Source: a candidate division WOR-3 bacterium (lineage in GTDB: Bacteria; Hydrothermota; Hydrothermia; JBDRYB01). From it: 11,269 nt of DNA. The position numbers and the translations under genes were made by a program. Each line of letters opens with the position of its first letter. Within the stretch, counting starts at the first letter, position 1. Shown here in pieces: positions 1 through 7,846 of this stretch. The stretch covers positions 1 to 11,269 of the forward strand of contig JBMFOM010000069.1 of the NCBI GenBank assembly GCA_049969615.1, read 5' to 3'. A model generated the notes under the pieces. That model had not been told where the DNA came from and made no database searches. It was given only the letters and a program-made list of their open reading frames with translations.

Positions 1-38
1 AGCACCTTGTCCAAGAGAACAGGCTTCTAAGAGGGACC

Positions 39-138
39 CCCTGAAAAATCCCTTCACGAGGGCATTTGCTCAGGGTTTTCTTCTGGCTATGATGAGGCTT
101 TCGGATATGGACCGGGGGCAAACCGGGATTTTTCAGGG
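39..138. repeat. 14-bp perfect inverted repeat pair bounding a 100-bp segment (MITE/IS-end-like)
   Basis: CCCTGAAAAATCCC at 39-52 and its exact reverse complement GGGATTTTTCAGGG at 125-138, with a 72-bp spacer. Confidence 0.75.
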
Positions 139-146
139 TTTTCATA

Positions 147-311
147 GAATGAGCTCAAAGCATTCGGCGCGCTTATCTTATCGGGGCGAGTGGATTCGTT
201 CCGGAATCGCCTCGCTGTCTCGGCTCGGCGATTGGCTAAAGGTGGACGCGTTGAGCCTGGAATGAGCTCAAAGCATTCGGCGCGCTTATCTTATCGGGGC
301 GAGTGGATTCG
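147..311. repeat. 52-bp perfect direct repeat that includes the tRNA-Pro 3' end (att-like duplication)
   Basis: GAATGAGCTCAAAGCATTCGGCGCGCTTATCTTATCGGGGCGAGTGGATTCG occurs at 147-198 and 260-311. Bases 294-311 are the last 18 nt of the tRNA. Confidence 0.95.
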
Positions 312-368
312 AACCACCGACCCCTAGCCCCCCATGCTAGTGCGCTAACCAGTCTGCGCTACGCCCCG
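294..368 (-). tRNA. tRNA-Pro(GGG), CCA not encoded
   Basis: Reverse complement folds as a cloverleaf: acceptor CGGGGCG/CGCCCCG plus discriminator A, D arm GCGC-AGACTGGTTA-GCGC, anticodon arm CTAGC-ATGGGGG-GCTAG, T arm GGTGG-TTCGAAT-CCACT. Followed by TAA rather than CCA. Confidence 0.97.
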
Positions 369-378
369 ATAGACTGAG

Positions 379-408
379 AGTATAACCCAGCGATGAGGAC
401 ATTTTCAA
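379..408 (-). promoter_or_regulatory. sigma70-like promoter for tRNA-Pro
   Basis: Minus strand reads TTGAAA (408-403), N18, TATACT (384-379), ending 10 nt before the tRNA 5' end. Confidence 0.65.
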
Positions 409-442
409 ATTGGGCACCCAACAGCTTTATACTTATCAGGCT

Positions 443-1141
443 ATGAAAAGACTATCCTTGCTCGCGATTGTTGTGCCACTTATGGCTGATTCTTTCTTAA
501 CATCAACGGATTTTCACACCGCGTCACCGGTGAAGATAGGCTCCTGGACCCAGGACATGCTCTATAACCTTTACTATGGGAAAAGCCCCAACGGAGAGAA
601 CGAACATGAGCTGGGGTGCACTGCCCAGGATGTGATGAGCGTCCTTGAGGGAACGGATGACCTGCTCACCCACATGTTTGTCCTCCAGGCCTCCTATTAT
701 CTCTCGCTTAACGGGTTCCTGGACAAGAAAGAGCTATACAAGGCCCTTCGCGCCCGTTTCAAGCCAGTGGGCAACGAGCCGATAATCCTTTTTGATTTCG
801 GGTTCTACATGATCCTTTTTGAGGGTGAGTGGGACGCGCTCATGCAGGTGGAGATAGCCGCCAACAGGATGAATACTCCGGAGGCCAGGTTGGGTTATGC
901 TTTGTGCTTGGCTCAGGCTGATTGTTTCAGAGCTGAGGGGGAAAATTACTGGGACAGCCCGACTGACCTCAAGTGCAAAGCGGTTGAACAGCTGGGTCTA
1001 GTTGTCAAGGATAAGAAGGCATGGTCAAGGGAAATGACGCTCACGATGAACAGCGCGGTCTCATACATGGCCCGCTACGAGGGTTTTTCAAAGTGCAAGG
1101 GTTGGAAGAAGGTCGTCTCCGCGGTGGAGATGGACAAATGA
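443..1141 (+). CDS. Hypothetical secreted protein (232 aa), probably helical
   Basis: ORF 410-1141; ATG at 443 gives the signal-peptide-like start MKRLSLLAIVVPLMA. TATACT lies at 428-433. No family recognised. Confidence 0.75.
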   Translation: MKRLSLLAIVVPLMADSFLTSTDFHTASPVKIGSWTQDMLYNLYYGKSPNGENEHELGCTAQDVMSVLEGTDDLLTHMFVLQASYYLSLNGFLDKKELYKALRARFKPVGNEPIILFDFGFYMILFEGEWDALMQVEIAANRMNTPEARLGYALCLAQADCFRAEGENYWDSPTDLKCKAVEQLGLVVKDKKAWSREMTLTMNSAVSYMARYEGFSKCKGWKKVVSAVEMDK

Positions 1142-1165
1142 GAACAGGTAAATACCCGGAGACCG

Positions 1166-1717
1166 ATGATCGGCTACATAAAAGGGCGAGTGGTTGACGC
1201 GGATGGCGTGAACCTGACGGTTGAGGCCGGAGGCGTGGGCTACACCATAATGGTCACCCCCGAGCTGGTGAGGCCCAGGGGAGAGACAGTGGAGCTCTTT
1301 GTCCACACCCACTTCTCGCAGGACAACATAGGGCTTTTTGGTTTTGCCACCCCAGGAGAGAGGGAGCTGTTTCTGAGACTGATAAGCGTCCAAGGCCTCG
1401 GGCCTACAAATGCCATGAAGATAATGTCCGGATTCTCCGTGGATGAGCTCAGGTCTGCCATAGAGGCTGGAGACTCCGCGGCGCTTCAAAGGGTAAAGGG
1501 CATAGGGCCAAAGCTGGCCGATAAGATAATATTCTTCCTGAGGGGCAAACTGCCGGAGGCCGTTTCAACAAGGGTGGACGAGGTTATCCAGGCCCTGGTC
1601 AGCCTCGGGATGAGGGAGGCAGAGGCGCGCTCAGTCGCTCAGGCCGCGAGGAGGGACCTGGGGTCAGACGCCTCGGTGGAGGACATGGTGAAATACGCCC
1701 TCAGGAGGGGTGAATGA
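1166..1717 (+). CDS. ruvA: Holliday junction branch migration protein RuvA
   Basis: MIGYIKG start, GGVGY, LFGF...ERELFLRLISVQGLGP, HhH motif VKGIGPKLA, C-terminal ALVSLG; overlaps ruvB at ATGA. Confidence 0.97.
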   Translation: MIGYIKGRVVDADGVNLTVEAGGVGYTIMVTPELVRPRGETVELFVHTHFSQDNIGLFGFATPGERELFLRLISVQGLGPTNAMKIMSGFSVDELRSAIEAGDSAALQRVKGIGPKLADKIIFFLRGKLPEAVSTRVDEVIQALVSLGMREAEARSVAQAARRDLGSDASVEDMVKYALRRGE

Positions 1718-2718
1718 GCGTCCGCGGTCAAGGGGCCAGGCTCACATCCCCGGAGCCGTCCGGGGAAGACACCTTCTTGGACAGCAGGCTGAGGCCCAGA
1801 AGTCTCTCGGAGTTCATAGGCCAGGCAAAGATAAAGGAGCTCCTGTCAGTCTTTTTGACCGCGGCCAGGGAGAGGGAGGAACCGATTGATCATGTCCTGC
1901 TCTCAGGGCCACCCGGCCTCGGAAAGACTACCCTCGCCGGCATAATCGCCAGGGAGCAGGGTGCGGAGTTCAGATCAACCTCTGGCCCCGCGTTGGAGCG
2001 GCAGGCTGACATGGCTGGCCTGCTCACCTCCCTGAAGGCCAGGGATGTCCTTTTCATAGACGAGGTTCACCGCTTGCCCAAGCCGGTTGAAGAGTTCCTT
2101 TATCCGGCCCTGGAGGATTTTCGGGTTGATATAATCATAGGCGAAGGTCCCGGAGCCAGGAGCATAAGATTATCACTGGAACCATACACCCTCATAGGCG
2201 CCACAACAAGGCAGGGGCTTCTTTCAGAGCCACTGAGGGCCAGGTTTGGGATAAGTTTCCGGCTGGATTACTATCCCCCAGGTGAGATAGAGGAGGTCCT
2301 GAGGAGGAGCGCTAGCATACTGGGGATTGAGGCCACGGACGACGGCCTGGCCGAAATAGCCAGGAGAAGCAGGGGAACCCCCAGGGTCGCGAACCGCTTG
2401 TTGAAGAGGGTGAGGGACTTCGCGCAGGTAAAGGCTAGGGGAGTAGTTGATCTTGAGATAGCCCGATACGCGCTTTCGGCCATGGAGGTGGATTCAAGGG
2501 GCCTTGATGAGATGGACAAGCGTCTGCTCAAGGCCATAATAGAGAGGTTCAGGGGGGGACCCGTTGGCCTCAAGAATCTCTCAGTGGCAATAGGAGAGGA
2601 CCCCGGCACCATAGAAGAGGTATACGAGCCTTTTCTCATAAGGGAGGGGCTTTTGCAGAGGACATCCCGCGGGCGCGTGGCCACTCCGCTGGCCTATGAA
2701 CACCTTGGGTATGTCTGA
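1714..2718 (+). CDS. ruvB: Holliday junction branch migration AAA+ ATPase RuvB
   Basis: LRPRSLSEFIGQ, Walker A GPPGLGKT, Walker B LFIDE, GATTR, SRGTPRVANRLL, GGPVG, EPFL, RTSRGR. Confidence 0.98.
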   Translation: MSVRGQGARLTSPEPSGEDTFLDSRLRPRSLSEFIGQAKIKELLSVFLTAAREREEPIDHVLLSGPPGLGKTTLAGIIAREQGAEFRSTSGPALERQADMAGLLTSLKARDVLFIDEVHRLPKPVEEFLYPALEDFRVDIIIGEGPGARSIRLSLEPYTLIGATTRQGLLSEPLRARFGISFRLDYYPPGEIEEVLRRSASILGIEATDDGLAEIARRSRGTPRVANRLLKRVRDFAQVKARGVVDLEIARYALSAMEVDSRGLDEMDKRLLKAIIERFRGGPVGLKNLSVAIGEDPGTIEEVYEPFLIREGLLQRTSRGRVATPLAYEHLGYV

Positions 2719-2809
2719 GGATAGATAACCGACACTGAACACGGGGCCAGACCCAATTTGACAGCTGGCCTAGGTGCAGAGACCCAGTGCTGTCCGATAT
2801 AATATGCTC

Positions 2810-3502
2810 ATGAGGAAGACCAGCCTGGCAGTTGGGGTGGTGTTGTTCCTCGTTTCCTGCCAGGAACGCGCTGAAGAGAAACCCAGGCTAACTACGGTCT
2901 TCGCGCATTTCTACAGCCACCAGGATACCCAATCTGTTTTTGTGGACACCCTGTATGGGCTTGATGAGCCGGTTGAGGATACATGTGGTCTCTCCGGCGC
3001 AACTGTTATGCTTCAGATAGGCCAGGGGCCTTCCATTCGTTTTCCAGAGGATACGGCTCGGCCGGGGCGATATATCTCCCGCCTGACAATTATACCCGAG
3101 ACCGATTACACCATCAGGGTTGAAAGCCCAATTGGAGACACCTGCGAGTTGACCTCCAGGTCCCCGAAAGCCTTTAACCTGCTCTATCCCCGGGAAGGAG
3201 ACACAATGTCCATAGAGTCGCTCTATGTTGTCTGGACTGATCCCGGCAATCCCGGCTATGTTCTGAGGCTATATACTGAGGATACAACGAGGGATACTCC
3301 TTACACCTATGAGGTCATTTTTCCGCTGTTCCCGAATGGGGACACATCCCAAAGCTACATCCCCGCTTTTTTCATTGACACGGTCAATTATTGGTATGGT
3401 CTCACGATTGCTGGTTATGATACCCTGTCGTCAGGCTCGGACAGGTACCACGATTTCGCTGTTTTCTGGGCGGAGAGGGTCAGGGTTTTTGTCAGGGAAT
3501 AA
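2810..3502 (+). CDS. Putative lipoprotein, DUF4249-like
   Basis: ATG 2810 gives MRKTSLAVGVVLFLVSC, a lipobox-like signal. The pattern LSGATV...F.E...PGRY...PETDYTIRV resembles DUF4249 proteins; family call is tentative. Confidence 0.7.
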   Translation: MRKTSLAVGVVLFLVSCQERAEEKPRLTTVFAHFYSHQDTQSVFVDTLYGLDEPVEDTCGLSGATVMLQIGQGPSIRFPEDTARPGRYISRLTIIPETDYTIRVESPIGDTCELTSRSPKAFNLLYPREGDTMSIESLYVVWTDPGNPGYVLRLYTEDTTRDTPYTYEVIFPLFPNGDTSQSYIPAFFIDTVNYWYGLTIAGYDTLSSGSDRYHDFAVFWAERVRVFVRE

Positions 3503-3532
3503 GGGGTTGCCAGCCGCCGGGGATGCAAACGG

Positions 3533-3585
3533 TTGATCCGGCTCGCCCCCCGGCATTATAATTAGGATAAAACTATAATAGGAGG
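3533..3585 (+). promoter_or_regulatory. sigma70-like promoter and Shine-Dalgarno site for the C25 peptidase
   Basis: TTGATC (3533-3538), N18, TATAAT (3557-3562); second TATAAT at 3574-3579; AGGAGG at 3580-3585 before ATG 3590. Confidence 0.7.
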
Positions 3586-3589
3586 CATC

Positions 3590-6500
3590 ATGACGACCAT
3601 AGCGTTGATAGGTCTCATGGCCGCTGAACCGGGGCTTTCCTTGAGTTCATCAGGGGACTGGGGATTCACGGCTCAGCTATCCGTTGGCGCGCCAACGCTC
3701 CTGGAAAGGCAAAACAATGGCGCGACATATCTTATACCTTACTACGAGGACGTTGATCACGAGTTCACGAACGATGAGGGAAAGCCTCAGCTTCCCGTGT
3801 TCCGGCGGATAATAGAGGCCCCGATGGGCGCGAGGGTCAGCGCGCGGCTTGTCGGAGTCTCTGGATCTAGCATGGGAATCACGCGAGGAATCTGGCCCCT
3901 CCAGCCGCCAGTGCCGAAGACTGGTCCGGCCCCCGGATTCAAGATTGACGAGAAGTTTTATTCCCTGGACGCTTTCTGGCCCGGAGAACCGGTAAGCGTT
4001 GAACCCCTTGGGATGATGCATGGCCACGAGCTTTGGCTCCTTGAGGTTAGGCCGGTCTCTTACAACCCCACCAGGGGCGAACTGCGTTATATAACCTCTG
4101 GAACCATTGAGGTGAGTTTCACGGGGGGCGCGGGTTTCAGGAATGATCCCACGCCAATGGGCGAGCTAGCGTCCCTGGCGGCCTGGAACAGGCCAACGGT
4201 CAGGGCGGTTCCCCCGCTTGAGATAGGATACCTGATAATCGTGCCCGACTCCATGTATAACACCGTTCTGCCCCTCGCGAACTGGAAGAAAGAAAAAGGG
4301 TTCAGGGTTCGCGTGGCAAAGACATCCGAGACCGGGAACACAACCGCATCCATAAAGAATTTCATCCAGAACCTCTACGATAACTGGGAGTATGACCTCC
4401 AATTCGTGCTTCTGGTGGGAGACCACGGCAATGGCGTTCCCGGCTGGGGCGGCACCTACGCCAACACGGATCTCTATTATGCCTGTCTTGAGAGCGCTGG
4501 CCAACCGGATTACGTCCCGGATGTCTGGATAGGCCGGCTCTCCGCGGCAAACAATTCCCAGCTCTCAGGGGAGGTCTCAAAAGTACTCACATACGAGACC
4601 GTTAACTGGCCCACAAATGCCTGGGCACAGAAGGCCTATTTCATGGCCTCTGATGATGGTAGTTATCACGGCGTCGCGGAGGGAACGCACCTTTATTGCA
4701 TGGCAAAGGCCAGGGCCAAGGGGATGATCTGCGACTCGCTCTGGGCCTACTACGGCACTGGAACCCCGATTGCCACGGCCATAAACAACGGCCGTTCCCA
4801 GGCTACATACTCAGGCCACGGTAGCTCAACCGGGTGGGGAGGGCCATCCTTCTCCAATTCGGATGTCTATAACCTCAGCAACGGCCATATGCTTCCCTTG
4901 GTCCAGTCATACGCCTGCTTCACGGGGGATTACCAGGGAACGGGCGAGTGCTTTATGGAGGCCTGGATACGCGCTCCCGGGAAGGGCGCGGTGGCCTCGT
5001 GGGGAAGTTCCGTGACCTCCTATTGGGACGAGGACGACATCCTGCAGAGGAGGGTCTACGACTTCCTCTTTGACAGCGCGGTGACCTGGACAATGGGTTT
5101 CCTGACCGGAGGCAAGCTGGGCCTTCTGGCTTACTACGGCAACACCTCCACCATCAACCGCTACTTTGAGCAGTATAACCTCTTCGGAGACCCGTCCATG
5201 GACCTCTTCACCCTGGTGCCAAAGGACATCACGGCCACATACAACCCTGTGCCGCCTGGGCCATCGGTCATGGATGTCTATGTCTCAAACAGCCTCGGGC
5301 CATTGCGGGACGCGCTGGTCTGCGTCTGGCAGAAGGACAGAGGCGCGGGGGACACAATAGCGATCCTGGGGGTCGCTTATTCGGACGCGGCAGGCCTCGC
5401 GCAGGTTTCGGTAAGCCCGATAGCGGTGGACACGGTATTCGTCACGGTGACCGCTCACAACCACAAGCCCTACCGCGGCTCAACCATGGTCATATCCGAC
5501 CAAGCCTATGTTGCGCCAATGCGCTACAGGCTTGATGACTCCGGAGCCAACGGGGATACCATACCGAATCCGGGCGAGACCATAAACCTCTTCTATACCT
5601 TCAAGAACCTAGGGAGCCAGCCAGCCTCAGGCGTGGTCGCCAAGCTCAGGGAGACCGATCCCAACCTCACCGTCACCGATTCCGTGAGCAACATAGGCTA
5701 CCTGGGGCCAGGGGATTCTCTTGTCTCATCGGACAACTTCACCTTCTCGTCCGTGTCAGGCCTACCGGATGCCTATCTTGCCCAGTTCAGCATGGTGATA
5801 ACCGATAACGCGTCCCATGAGTGGACATTCCCGGTCAAGATACTCCTGGGAACCCCAGCGTTTGAGGTGGCCTCAACCCTTGTGGATGACCAGGGACAAC
5901 CCAAGCCGAACTACAAGCTTGATCCCGGCGAAACTGCCAAGCTGTTCGTTGAGCTGGAGAACGCGGGCCACGGCCACGGCTACGGCGTCACGGGCAAACT
6001 CAGGACGACTCACGGCCTCATAACCATCCAGGACTCCACGGGCACATGGGGAGACATAAGGGTGGATTCCTCCAAGCTCAACGCTGGCGACGAGTTCGTC
6101 GTGTATGCTGACCCATCCGTACCCCTTGAGGATACGGTTCCCTTTACCCTGATAACGCAGACGACCGACGGCTACATTGATACCCTCAGCTTCTATATCG
6201 TGGTCGGCGAGATCACTGAACACGACCCTGTTGGGCCTGATGCGTATGGTTACTACGCTTATGACCAGACAGACACCCTCTACACCGAGTGCCCGGACTA
6301 CGCCTGGTTTGATATAAGCGGGGTTGGGACCCGCCTAGATCTGAGCGACGATGACATAAGGACCGTGTCCCTCCCCTTCCCGTTCAAGTATTACGGGACA
6401 AACTACAACCAGGTTTCCATATGCTCAAACGGCTTCCTGGTGATGGGTTCCTCAACAAACACGGCATGGACGAACGAGCAACTGCCATCGTCCAACGCCT

Positions 6501-7183
6501 ACAAGATGATCGCCGGGATATGGGATGACCTCGTGCCCTATGGCGGCGGTGGAGCCGGCTATGTCTATTACTACAACGACGCGGCGAGCCACCGGTTCAT
6601 CGTTGAATGGTATGGCGTTACGGATTTTTCAACCGGTGAACCCAACACCTTCCAGATAGTCCTCTCTGACCCGGCCTATAATCCCACGGTAACCGGAGAT
6701 GGCGAGATATTCTGCTACTACCAGGCCTCGCCGTCGGTCGCGGACGGGACCCTTGGCATCCAGGACAACAATATGCTCAACTACCTGATGTATAGCTTCA
6801 ACAACATCTACTCAAGAGGCGCGGCGCCCGTGGCGCCGCCCTTTGCCCTGAAATACACAACTGACCCGCCGCATGTGGATGTTGGCGAATCCGCGGGCCT
6901 GCCGAAGACGTTCAGCTTCGCGATGGCCGGCCCCAACCCCGCGAGGGGCAACGCCAGGTTTAACCTGGCTATCCCGGTTAGCGCTCGCGTCTCCGTGAAG
7001 GTCTATGACATATCCGGAAGGCGCGTTGCTGTCCTGGCTGATGGTCAGCGCGATCCTGGAATCTACACCCTATACTGGTCAGGCAGGTCTTCGGCTGGCG
7101 GCCAGGTTGGCCAGGGGATATACCTGGTGAGGGCGGAGGCGGATAATTTCGTAAAGACCCTAAAACTGCTCTGGACTAAGTAA
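3590..7183 (+). CDS. Gingipain-like C25 cysteine peptidase with propeptide, Ig-like repeats and a T9SS type A/FlgD-Ig-like C-terminal domain
   Basis: Propeptide (GKPQLPV, YNP); C25 motifs YLII, LANWKKEKG, VLLVGD, DLYY, IGRLS; putative dyad His410 (SGHG) and Cys443 (YACFTG); YNLFGDP; two PGET Ig-like repeats; GPDAYGY/LPFPFKYYG/SNG domain; C-terminus PNP...VYDISGR...GIYLVR...KL. Confidence 0.93.
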   Translation: MTTIALIGLMAAEPGLSLSSSGDWGFTAQLSVGAPTLLERQNNGATYLIPYYEDVDHEFTNDEGKPQLPVFRRIIEAPMGARVSARLVGVSGSSMGITRGIWPLQPPVPKTGPAPGFKIDEKFYSLDAFWPGEPVSVEPLGMMHGHELWLLEVRPVSYNPTRGELRYITSGTIEVSFTGGAGFRNDPTPMGELASLAAWNRPTVRAVPPLEIGYLIIVPDSMYNTVLPLANWKKEKGFRVRVAKTSETGNTTASIKNFIQNLYDNWEYDLQFVLLVGDHGNGVPGWGGTYANTDLYYACLESAGQPDYVPDVWIGRLSAANNSQLSGEVSKVLTYETVNWPTNAWAQKAYFMASDDGSYHGVAEGTHLYCMAKARAKGMICDSLWAYYGTGTPIATAINNGRSQATYSGHGSSTGWGGPSFSNSDVYNLSNGHMLPLVQSYACFTGDYQGTGECFMEAWIRAPGKGAVASWGSSVTSYWDEDDILQRRVYDFLFDSAVTWTMGFLTGGKLGLLAYYGNTSTINRYFEQYNLFGDPSMDLFTLVPKDITATYNPVPPGPSVMDVYVSNSLGPLRDALVCVWQKDRGAGDTIAILGVAYSDAAGLAQVSVSPIAVDTVFVTVTAHNHKPYRGSTMVISDQAYVAPMRYRLDDSGANGDTIPNPGETINLFYTFKNLGSQPASGVVAKLRETDPNLTVTDSVSNIGYLGPGDSLVSSDNFTFSSVSGLPDAYLAQFSMVITDNASHEWTFPVKILLGTPAFEVASTLVDDQGQPKPNYKLDPGETAKLFVELENAGHGHGYGVTGKLRTTHGLITIQDSTGTWGDIRVDSSKLNAGDEFVVYADPSVPLEDTVPFTLITQTTDGYIDTLSFYIVVGEITEHDPVGPDAYGYYAYDQTDTLYTECPDYAWFDISGVGTRLDLSDDDIRTVSLPFPFKYYGTNYNQVSICSNGFLVMGSSTNTAWTNEQLPSSNAYKMIAGIWDDLVPYGGGGAGYVYYYNDAASHRFIVEWYGVTDFSTGEPNTFQIVLSDPAYNPTVTGDGEIFCYYQASPSVADGTLGIQDNNMLNYLMYSFNNIYSRGAAPVAPPFALKYTTDPPHVDVGESAGLPKTFSFAMAGPNPARGNARFNLAIPVSARVSVKVYDISGRRVAVLADGQRDPGIYTLYWSGRSSAGGQVGQGIYLVRAEADNFVKTLKLLWTK

Positions 7184-7228
7184 GGAAACCCGGTGCCGGA
7201 ATGTAGCACCCTAAAATCACCGCGAGGA

Positions 7229-7261
7229 CAAAGAGAAGGGGCCCGTGATTGGGCCCCTCTC
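7229..7261 (-). terminator. Intrinsic terminator between convergent genes
   Basis: Stem AGGGGCCC (7237-7244) / GGGCCCCT (7251-7258) with a 6-nt loop. On the minus strand it is followed by TCTCTTTG, about 30 nt past the Spy-like stop. Confidence 0.7.
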
Positions 7262-7288
7262 AGAGAAGGAGGTTGGTGGGATTATATC

Positions 7289-7741
7289 TCAGAACCACAT
7301 CGGGCAGAAGCCTTTTCCGCGCCTGCCTTTGCCCCACTTGCCCGCTCCAGTATTGCCGCCCTTACCCATTCCGGGCTTGCTGGCCATGAGCTCCCCCAGC
7401 TTTGCCCTCTGTTCGGCTGTCAAGACTCCCTTTACGGCTATCTCCATCCTTATCCTTTCCATCATCAGTTTTGCTTGGAGGGCGCTTATGTCGCCGGTCA
7501 GCTTCTCAACCTTTTTCATGTCCGGCTTGTCCTTGCCGAGCTCGGTTCGGAGCTCAATGCGCTTTGCCATTAGATCTGCCCGAAGGGTGGCGGTTGATGT
7601 CATGTGATCCGATACGATCTTGGTCAGGTTCTCGGCCTGATCGGTTGTAAGGCCCAGCTCCTCCTGGACCCACGGGTTCATCAACATGCCGAAACCCGGC
7701 CCGCCTATGTTCAGGAAAGCGCTTAGGATTATTCCGGTCAT
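7289..7741 (-). CDS. Spy/CpxP/ZraP-like periplasmic chaperone or heavy-metal sensor (150 aa)
   Basis: Two LTxxQ motifs (ELGLTTDQ, VLTAEQRAKL) around a helical core, with a Gly/Met/Lys-rich tail. GAGGAG precedes ATG 7741, so this start is preferred over 7801. Confidence 0.88.
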   Translation of the reverse strand: MTGIILSAFLNIGGPGFGMLMNPWVQEELGLTTDQAENLTKIVSDHMTSTATLRADLMAKRIELRTELGKDKPDMKKVEKLTGDISALQAKLMMERIRMEIAVKGVLTAEQRAKLGELMASKPGMGKGGNTGAGKWGKGRRGKGFCPMWF

Positions 7742-7791
7742 ATCTCTTTTCTCCTCAAGGTGGGGGTTTTGCGTTTCCACCTTTCGGTTTA

Positions 7792-7820
7792 TTAGACACA
7801 TCCGGCCGCGAAAATGTTCC
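7792..7820 (-). promoter_or_regulatory. ECF (sigmaE-type) promoter for the Spy-like gene
   Basis: Minus strand reads GGAACAT (7820-7814), N16, GTCTAA (7797-7792), close to the sigmaE consensus GGAACTT-N16-GTCAAA. Confidence 0.65.
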
Positions 7821-7846
7821 CGTTCCGCGCGAATATCATCCGGTGC

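Noticed and set aside
1-44. 3' end of an upstream CDS (frames ending at TAA 28-30 or TGA 42-44)
   Set aside because: Too short to assign a frame or product.
147-311. CRISPR array
   Set aside because: Only two 52-bp units, the repeat includes tRNA sequence, and there are no cas genes.
2758-2763. Perfect TTGACA upstream of the lipoprotein gene
   Set aside because: It lies 34 bp from the TATAAT at 2798, too far to pair as a -35 element.
7750-7792. c-di-GMP-I riboswitch-like words (AAACC-GAAA-GG, ACGCAAAACC) in the Spy-like leader
   Set aside because: The leader is only about 45 nt and lacks the second stem and tetraloop receptor; a simple hairpin explains it.
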